From Nanobdellota archaeon (GTDB lineage: Archaea; Nanobdellota; Nanobdellia; Nanobdellales; Nanobdellaceae): DNA of 32,000 nucleotides. Location: NCBI GenBank assembly GCA_042850255.1, contig AP031373.1, positions 510,001-542,000 on the forward strand, in the 5' to 3' direction. Position numbers and translations under genes: made by a program. This document shows, piece by piece, positions 26,054 to 32,000 of the stretch. The notes under the pieces were generated by a model. It had not been told where the DNA came from. It saw only the letters and a list, made by a program, of their open reading frames with translations, and searched no databases. The first letter of the stretch is position 1; every line of letters begins with the position of its first letter.

Positions 26054-26521
26054 ATGAAAATATCTAATATTTATATTAGGGTAAATATACATGAATGGGA
26101 AGATAAAAATAAAATAGAAGAATCTTTGAATTTAATACTGAATAATATTGATAGAAAAAAAATAAAAATAAATTATTATCAAGGTAGAGGGTTAGTAAGT
26201 AATAAGATATATGTTTATGAAGTATATATAAATAGGAAAGATATTATAGAAAAATTATTTGAAAATTTAATAGAAAATGGTTTAAATATAGAAGAAATAG
26301 AAAAAAATGGAAATTTCGATGAAAATTATAATTTATATTTAAGAATAGATAAAACAGATTTAATAGTAAGAAAGAGAATAAAAATATTTTATTCTGATGA
26401 TTCTTTTTTATTAAAAATTAGTTTTGATGGTTATAAGAAAAATAAGGAAAAGGTAATTAATTTTTTAAAAGAATACATGAATGAAATCAATAAAAAGCTT
26501 TCAGAAAATAATAAAATATGA
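26054..26521 (+). CDS. Uncharacterised 155-aa protein translationally coupled to mre11; faint resemblance to UPF0201/COG1931 RNA-binding-fold proteins
   Basis: IYIRVNIHEWEDKNKIEESLNLILNNI loosely recalls the V.v.A.V.PTED.EKV..A..N.F start of UPF0201 proteins, but the match is weak. Its stop overlaps the mre11 ATG (ATGA). Confidence 0.3.
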   Translation: MKISNIYIRVNIHEWEDKNKIEESLNLILNNIDRKKIKINYYQGRGLVSNKIYVYEVYINRKDIIEKLFENLIENGLNIEEIEKNGNFDENYNLYLRIDKTDLIVRKRIKIFYSDDSFLLKISFDGYKKNKEKVINFLKEYMNEINKKLSENNKI

Positions 26522-27660
26522 AATTTATACATGTTTCAGATACTCACTTAGGATGCCAGATACCAGTAGAATATAGCGAAATAAGAAAAAAAGATTTCTT
26601 AAAATCATTTAATGAAGTAATAGATTTTGCTATAAAAGAAAAAGTAGACTTTATAATACATTCTGGAGATTTTTTTGATGAATATTTTAGAATAGATTCA
26701 AAATATATAATAGAAGTATTGGATATACTATCTAAATTAAAGGAAAATGATATACCTTTAATATTTATAAAGGGAAATCATGATACTAAAGGACAAAGAC
26801 AAAATATATTGGAAATCCTGAAAAAATTAAAATTAGTATATGAAGCAAATATAAAAGAACCATTCATTTATAAGGATATATATATTTATGGAATATCTGA
26901 ACCCCCAAATTTAGCTGGAGAAGAATTGAATTTATATTATAAAAATATATTAAGTAAATTAAAATTCGAAAATAATGGTTATACAATTTTTATGTTTCAT
27001 GGGGCAGTAAATTTCTTTCCTAATAGTATTTTAGAAGGTTATCATAAAGAACCAAGGATATTGTCATTAGAATATTTTCCTAAAGCAGATTATTATGCAT
27101 TTGGACATTTTCATAAACATTATCTAGAAAAAAATGAAGGAAAAATATTTGCATTACCTGGATCAACAGAAAGAACTGAAATATCTAAGGATGAAGAAAA
27201 TATTAAGAAAGGATTTTATCTTGTAAATGATAATGATATAAAATTTATAGAGTTAAATACAAGACCAATATATATTTATGAAGATATAATCAATAATGAA
27301 GAAGATATAAATAAAATAAGTGAAGATGTTGGAAAAAGATCAAAGGAAGCTATTATAAAAATAAAAATAAGATATAAAAAAGATTATTATCAAAGAATAA
27401 AAAGTTTAGTTGATAGTTTAATATCTTTGGGATATTTAATAATAGAAGACTTATATTCATTGGATAGAGAGGAAGATATTATTGAAGAAAATAATTATTC
27501 TGTAGAGGATGCATTAAATTCTTTATTTTTTATTAATAATAAAGAAGAAGTAATATCATTATTTAATACAATAAAAGAAAGATTTGAAGAAATGTATAGT
27601 GGTAGAGAAAGTGATATAGATAGAATAAGGGATAATTTGTTTAAAGAGTTATTAAAATGA
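26518..27660 (+). CDS. mre11: Mre11 double-strand-break repair nuclease
   Basis: Calcineurin-like phosphoesterase motifs in order: FIHVSDTHLG, HSGDFFD, IKGNHD, FMFHG, GHFH. Confidence 0.85.
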   Translation: MKFIHVSDTHLGCQIPVEYSEIRKKDFLKSFNEVIDFAIKEKVDFIIHSGDFFDEYFRIDSKYIIEVLDILSKLKENDIPLIFIKGNHDTKGQRQNILEILKKLKLVYEANIKEPFIYKDIYIYGISEPPNLAGEELNLYYKNILSKLKFENNGYTIFMFHGAVNFFPNSILEGYHKEPRILSLEYFPKADYYAFGHFHKHYLEKNEGKIFALPGSTERTEISKDEENIKKGFYLVNDNDIKFIELNTRPIYIYEDIINNEEDINKISEDVGKRSKEAIIKIKIRYKKDYYQRIKSLVDSLISLGYLIIEDLYSLDREEDIIEENNYSVEDALNSLFFINNKEEVISLFNTIKERFEEMYSGRESDIDRIRDNLFKELLK

Positions 27661-29912
27661 AATTATATAGTATAAAATTAGAAAATTTTAAAAATCATAA
27701 AAATTTTGAATTAAATTTTGAAGATAAAAATATAATAATTGGAGAAAATGGTGTAGGTAAGACATCTATATTTCAAGCTATATTATTTTCATTATTTGGA
27801 AAAGATTCTTTATCTTATATCAATATATCTAATACTTCTTCTTTGATAAGATATAATTCTCCTTCATCTAAAATAGAATTAGAATTTGGGGATCAGGAAA
27901 AATATAGAGTAGTTAGGATAATAAATAATAATGGGGAATCAAAAGTAATATTATACAAAGGTGATAATATAGTTGCTACTGGACCTGATTTAGTGAATAA
28001 AAAAATAAAGGAAATATTAAATATAAAAAGAGTAGAAAAATTTTCAGAAATATTATATATAAAACAGGGAGAACTTGGTAAATATATATTATTATCTGGA
28101 AAATTAGATTTAACAAAAAAATTGGAAAATATCTTTGATATAGATTATTATTCTCTAATATTGAGAATAATTGAAAGTTTGATAAGGGATATGGAAAAAG
28201 AAAAAGAATATGAAGAAAGGGAAAAAAATATTTTATTAAAGGATATAGATACGTATAGGAATTTATTTGGAAATAGAGATATTGAAGAATTGTTAAAGGA
28301 AGTAGAAAAATATAATGAATTAAAAAAATATAGAGATGAAATATATAAGGATTATTTAGAATTAAAAACTTTACAAAATAATATAGACTATGAATTATTA
28401 TCTCAAGAAAATTTTCTTAATGAAAAATTAAAAGAATTAGAAGAGAAATTAAAGGAATTAAATAATAATATAATAAATATAGAATCTGAAAAAAGGAATT
28501 TGAAGTATGAAAAATATTCAAAGGACTTATTGTATAAATCTTTAGATTATTTAGAAAATAGAAAAAAAGAATTAGAGAAATATGAAAATATAGATAAAAA
28601 AGAACTGGAATATAAATTAAAGGAATTAAAAGAATTGGAATCTGATATAGAAAAATTTTTGAATAATAAGAATATAGAGGAAGAATTTAAAGAAATAGAG
28701 AATAAATTAAAAGAAATTGAAAAAAACATATCTATAATAGAAAATAAAATAAAAGAAGAGGAAGAATATATAAATATATTAAATAAGGAAATTAGTGAAT
28801 GTCCAGTGTGTAAAAGAGAATTAGATAAAGATCTACATAAAAAATTGTTAGAAGAATATAAAAACAGTATAGAAAATGACAAAAATAAATTAAAAGAATT
28901 AGAAGAGGAAAAGTATAATCTAGAAAAAGTTTATGAAGATAAATATAATAAATATAAATATTATTTATATATAAAGGAAAAGATTTTTAGAAAAAATATA
29001 AATATAAATAATATAGAAGATGAAAAAAATAGAATAGAAAAAGAAATTGAAGAAATAGACAATGAAATAAAAAATATAGAAGAATATAATATAATAAAAG
29101 ATACTATAAATTATATAAAGAAAAATGAAATAGAAAAAACTTTAGAAAATTTAAAGAAAGAATATAATAATTTAAATTATGAGGTAAATAAAATAAGAGA
29201 AAAAATCATTAAAATAAATAATATGAAAATGAATCTGGAAAAGATAAAAGAAATATATAGTAAATATAATTTTAGTTCTATATCTGAATTTGAGGAAAAA
29301 ATAAAATATTTGGATAATGAATTAAAAAAATATGAAAACATAAGACCAGAATTAATAAAGAATTATAAGGAAAAATTAGATAGATATAATAATATAATAG
29401 AAAAAATAAAGAAAATTAATAAAAATATAAATAATCTTAGATCTTTATATAATGCATTATTGAAATTTATAGAAGTAAGAAGAGAAAAATTGTCTAAAGA
29501 TTTGGAAAATGCTTTTAGATATTATTTTAAGAAATTATATAAATATCAAGATATAATTGATGTAGGAATAGATATAAAAGAAGGAAAAAATAAAGAAGAG
29601 AAATTGTTCCATATATATATTATTAAAAATATAGACAATAGAGAAGTAAAAAAATATGTAGAAGATGCTGGATTAAGTGGTGGGCAAATAAAAATATTAG
29701 ATCTATCCTTAAGATTATCAATAGCTTCTTTATTAAAATTAAAAATAAATACATTATTATTAGATGAACCTACAGAATCTTTAGATGAAAATGTAAGAAT
29801 ATCTTTAGCACAATTATTAAATTCATTGGATAATTACCAAATAGTATTATGTACACATGATGAATTATTTAAAGAAAATATAGAGGGGAAAATAATAGAA
29901 ATTAAAAGGTAA
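27657..29912 (+). CDS. rad50: Rad50 ABC ATPase (short form, 751 aa) with zinc hook
   Basis: Walker A GENGVGKTS, a long K/E/N-rich coiled coil, the hook CPVC (28800-28811) near the middle, signature LSGGQ, Walker B LLLDEPT and the H-loop CTHD. Its ATG overlaps the mre11 TGA. Confidence 0.85.
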   Translation: MKLYSIKLENFKNHKNFELNFEDKNIIIGENGVGKTSIFQAILFSLFGKDSLSYINISNTSSLIRYNSPSSKIELEFGDQEKYRVVRIINNNGESKVILYKGDNIVATGPDLVNKKIKEILNIKRVEKFSEILYIKQGELGKYILLSGKLDLTKKLENIFDIDYYSLILRIIESLIRDMEKEKEYEEREKNILLKDIDTYRNLFGNRDIEELLKEVEKYNELKKYRDEIYKDYLELKTLQNNIDYELLSQENFLNEKLKELEEKLKELNNNIINIESEKRNLKYEKYSKDLLYKSLDYLENRKKELEKYENIDKKELEYKLKELKELESDIEKFLNNKNIEEEFKEIENKLKEIEKNISIIENKIKEEEEYINILNKEISECPVCKRELDKDLHKKLLEEYKNSIENDKNKLKELEEEKYNLEKVYEDKYNKYKYYLYIKEKIFRKNININNIEDEKNRIEKEIEEIDNEIKNIEEYNIIKDTINYIKKNEIEKTLENLKKEYNNLNYEVNKIREKIIKINNMKMNLEKIKEIYSKYNFSSISEFEEKIKYLDNELKKYENIRPELIKNYKEKLDRYNNIIEKIKKINKNINNLRSLYNALLKFIEVRREKLSKDLENAFRYYFKKLYKYQDIIDVGIDIKEGKNKEEKLFHIYIIKNIDNREVKKYVEDAGLSGGQIKILDLSLRLSIASLLKLKINTLLLDEPTESLDENVRISLAQLLNSLDNYQIVLCTHDELFKENIEGKIIEIKR

Positions 29913-30243
29913 TTATATGATATCCTTGATCTACTAGCTTATTCATTATTTCAAAACTAAATATTTCATCTTTATAAAATATATTTTCTTCAGGTATATT
30001 AAATTTCATCATACAATCCTTACAGGCATTTATTTTTATATTCAATTTATTTAAATCTTGTAAATGTTTATTTATTACTAATTTATATATCTCATTTTCT
30101 TTATTTAACATTTTTATACCTTCTAAAGTAAAACATACTTTTATATCCTCTGCTCCACTCATTTTTAATGCTTTTGAAAATTCTATAACTTTTTCTAATA
30201 ATTCTTTATCTTCTTTTGTAATTAAAATTATATATTTTGCCAT
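29902..30243 (-). CDS. DsrE/DsrF-like family protein (sulfur-relay fold)
   Basis: 113 aa. MAKYIILITKED...EDIKVCFTLEGIKML...INACKDCMMKFNI...VDQGYHIITF follows the DsrE-like layout (N-terminal beta strand, central vf..g.gv, conserved Cys before ...gi, C-terminal ..v.f). Confidence 0.5.
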   Translation of the reverse strand: MAKYIILITKEDKELLEKVIEFSKALKMSGAEDIKVCFTLEGIKMLNKENEIYKLVINKHLQDLNKLNIKINACKDCMMKFNIPEENIFYKDEIFSFEIMNKLVDQGYHIITF

Positions 30244-30340
30244 ATTTTTTATATATTTTCCTTTATTTAAATCAATTTTTATATCTATAACCTACTTATT
30301 TCTTAAATTTTATATATTTCAAGATATTTTTATCTATAGA

Positions 30341-31582
30341 ATGGAATATATCAGTGTGATATTGATATTTATATTTAGTATATTGGCAGGATTTATAGGA
30401 TCTCTGACTGGTTTAGGTGGGGGAACTATATTAACTCCTTTATTAACAATATTTCTAAATTTCCCATTAATATATTCAATGGGTTTATCTTTATTATCAA
30501 CAATTTCTACTTCAATTTCTTCTTCTGTATCATATATTAAGGAAAAAATAGCGAACGATAATATTGCTATAAGTTTGTTAACTGCCACCACACTAGGTGC
30601 AATAATTGGATCTTTAACAAATAATTTTTTATATTCTCACCATCTATTTTTTATAGTATATATAATATTTGGAATAGTATTAATAGCATCTTCATTGTTT
30701 TTAATAATAAAGAATTTAAAGAAAGAATATGAACCATCAAAACCTGATAAAACAACATTTATTTTTAACTTATTTGGAAAATATAAAGAAAAGGATAAAA
30801 TAATATATTATGATGGGACAAAGTTTCAATTTGGTTGGATAATAATGTTTTTTGCTGGTTTTATTTCTGGATTATTAGGAATAGGTTCTGGAATTTTAAA
30901 AGTCTTAGGAATGGACTTAATAATGAATTTACCAATTAAAGTTAGTACAACCACTAGTAATTTTATGATTGGTGTTACTGCAGATACATCTTCTGTTTTA
31001 TACTATAAATTTGGATATATATTATTTTCTCTCATTCCTTTTACTATATTAGGAGTTTTAATTGGAGCAAGAATTGGTACTAGATTATTATTAAAGCTAA
31101 ATGATAGAGTAATAAGGACAATATTTGTTTTCTTTGTATCTTATTTAGGTTTTAAAATGATGTTTGATGGTTTAAAAATTGATGGATATGCATTACCTGT
31201 AGTATTATCATTTGTAATTGTAATTATTTCTTATATATTATCTAAAATAAAGATTAGAGAAAGTAAAGAAAAAATTGATATTAGTAAATATGTAATTGAA
31301 AATAAAAATTATGAAAGATATTCTTTACTATTAAATAATTTTGAAAGATATTCTTTTTATATATTAATAATATTATGTATAATATCAATAATATCTTATA
31401 TATTCTCATTTTATTTAATTGACTATATTTTATATTTATTTTTGATTTTAATACCATTCTCTGAAATAATTATAGAAGAAGTAAAGTTTGCAAAAGAAGA
31501 AAATAAATTGTATACATTATTAGCTTCTATTATTTTAATTAATTTAATGATTGGGATGATATTCTTACCAATTATTCTTTAA
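30341..31582 (+). CDS. TauE/SafE-family anion (sulfite-type) exporter-like membrane protein with an extra C-terminal ~110-aa multi-TM module
   Basis: GFIGSLTGLGGGTILTPLL and the second-half repeat GFISGLLGIGSGILKV are the duplicated TauE signature. After ~aa 300 an additional hydrophobic module follows (YSFYILIILCIISIISYIF...LASIILINLMIGMIFLPIIL). Confidence 0.7.
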   Translation: MEYISVILIFIFSILAGFIGSLTGLGGGTILTPLLTIFLNFPLIYSMGLSLLSTISTSISSSVSYIKEKIANDNIAISLLTATTLGAIIGSLTNNFLYSHHLFFIVYIIFGIVLIASSLFLIIKNLKKEYEPSKPDKTTFIFNLFGKYKEKDKIIYYDGTKFQFGWIIMFFAGFISGLLGIGSGILKVLGMDLIMNLPIKVSTTTSNFMIGVTADTSSVLYYKFGYILFSLIPFTILGVLIGARIGTRLLLKLNDRVIRTIFVFFVSYLGFKMMFDGLKIDGYALPVVLSFVIVIISYILSKIKIRESKEKIDISKYVIENKNYERYSLLLNNFERYSFYILIILCIISIISYIFSFYLIDYILYLFLILIPFSEIIIEEVKFAKEENKLYTLLASIILINLMIGMIFLPIIL

Positions 31583-32000
31583 TTGTATAATATAGTCTTT
31601 TTCTATTTTTTCCTTTATTTTCTATTTTTAATAATTCTATTTTTCCAATTTCTTTTGTATTTGAAACATGTGGTCCTCCATCAGCTTGTATATCTATTCC
31701 TTCTATTTCTACAATTCTCCAAGTATCTATATCTGGAGGTGATTTTTCCATTAATTTAACTATTCCAGGTATCTTTAATGCTTCTTCTTTTTTTAGAAAA
31801 TATATCTTTACAGGTATTCCTTTTTTAATAATTTCATTTGCTTCATTTATTATTTCTTCAAATGCTTTCTTTAATTCATCTCCAGATAAATTTATATCAT
31901 AATCATCTTTGGCATATTCTGGAGTTATGTCTCCTCCAGTAATTAATGCATTATATTTTTTATATGCAATTGCAGCTAATATATGTGCTGCAGTATGTAA
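31572..32000 (-). CDS. alaX: AlaX-type alanyl-tRNA editing protein (tRNA_SAD domain); C-terminal 142 codons, 5' end outside the window
   Basis: Not in the ORF track because it is edge-truncated. My minus-strand translation reads LHTAAHILAAIAYKKYNALITGGDI...WRIVEIEGIDIQADGGPHVSNTKEIGKIELLKIENKGKNRKRLYYTIKE, showing the HxxxH motif and the GG.HV..T.EIG block of AlaX. Overlaps the TauE-like 3' end by 11 nt. Confidence 0.7.
   Translation of the reverse strand, partial: LHTAAHILAAIAYKKYNALITGGDITPEYAKDDYDINLSGDELKKAFEEIINEANEIIKKGIPVKIYFLKKEEALKIPGIVKLMEKSPPDIDTWRIVEIEGIDIQADGGPHVSNTKEIGKIELLKIENKGKNRKRLYYTIKE

Noticed and set aside
28547-28882. 111-aa minus-strand ORF antisense to the rad50 coiled coil
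   Set aside because: It is the antisense of the GAA/AAA/TTA-rich coiled-coil coding region and gives an S/F/L-rich low-complexity product.
27657-29912. Dense AAAGAA/AATATA-type periodic sequence that could be mistaken for tandem repeats or a CRISPR-like array
   Set aside because: It is a continuous ORF encoding the Rad50 coiled coil. There are no unit-length repeats separated by unique spacers.
30244-30340. Four ttttata-type words in the DsrE/TauE spacer as a possible operator array
   Set aside because: Two ordinary divergent TATA boxes plus the AT-rich background explain them. The spacing is irregular (about 30, 31 and 17 nt).
31312-31356. 15-nt direct repeat tgaaagatattcttt (31312-31326 and 31342-31356) inside the TauE-like gene
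   Set aside because: It is in frame with 30-nt spacing and encodes YERYSLL / FERYSFY. It is most simply a small local duplication in a linker, with no flanking features of a mobile element.
1-32000. Search for tRNA, split-tRNA halves, rRNA, SRP/RNase P RNA via G+C-rich islands
   Set aside because: The few G+C-enriched stretches (for example 13255-13285, 22535-22560, 23185-23205, 25565-25625 and 30405-30425) all lie inside ORFs and read as ordinary codons. The longest non-coding spacer is 97 nt and is purely A/T-rich.

Overview
This is a very AT-rich (by eye about one fifth to one quarter G+C), extremely gene-dense archaeal chromosome segment. I can support 37 protein-coding genes, two of them cut by the window edges. 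I found no rRNA, tRNA, CRISPR array, IS element or prophage. Most genes are archaeal information-processing or housekeeping genes: Trm1, eL31, a TrmJ-like SpoU methyltransferase, AspRS, an HhH-GPD glycosylase, dCTP deaminase, eL18-uL13-uS9, CDC48/VAT, an E1-like ThiF/MoeB protein, Hjc, PolD large subunit, diphthine synthase, a Fap7-type kinase, thermosome, an RPA-like OB protein, Mre11-Rad50 and AlaX. Neighbouring genes often overlap by 1-20 nt, and spacers are only 4-98 nt. TATA-like elements sit about 26-28 nt upstream of operon-leading ATGs, which suggests leaderless mRNAs. PolD, thermosome, Hjc, eL18/eL31, the extreme AT bias, the tiny spacers and the Cys-rich secreted proteins together suggest a reduced-genome thermophilic DPANN/Nanoarchaeota-like organism; this is inference only. 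Five loci are the best candidates for something undescribed. (1) CDC48, an E1-like enzyme and an Arm/Rmt(FmrO)-like rRNA methyltransferase form an overlapping operon with no ubiquitin-like gene nearby. (2) An incomplete type IV filament module has a FlaI/PilB-type ATPase and Cys-bearing N-terminally anchored proteins that share a K-S-Q pre-helix motif, but no platform protein, ArlH or peptidase. (3) A small archaeosortase is chained to a stand-alone ArcTGT C2-PUA protein and a sequon-rich membrane protein. (4) An Mre11-Rad50 operon is led by an unknown 155-aa protein and lacks HerA/NurA. (5) A DsrE-like gene sits beside an extended TauE-like gene. All family assignments come from motif recognition by eye and memory; no searches or computations were run.
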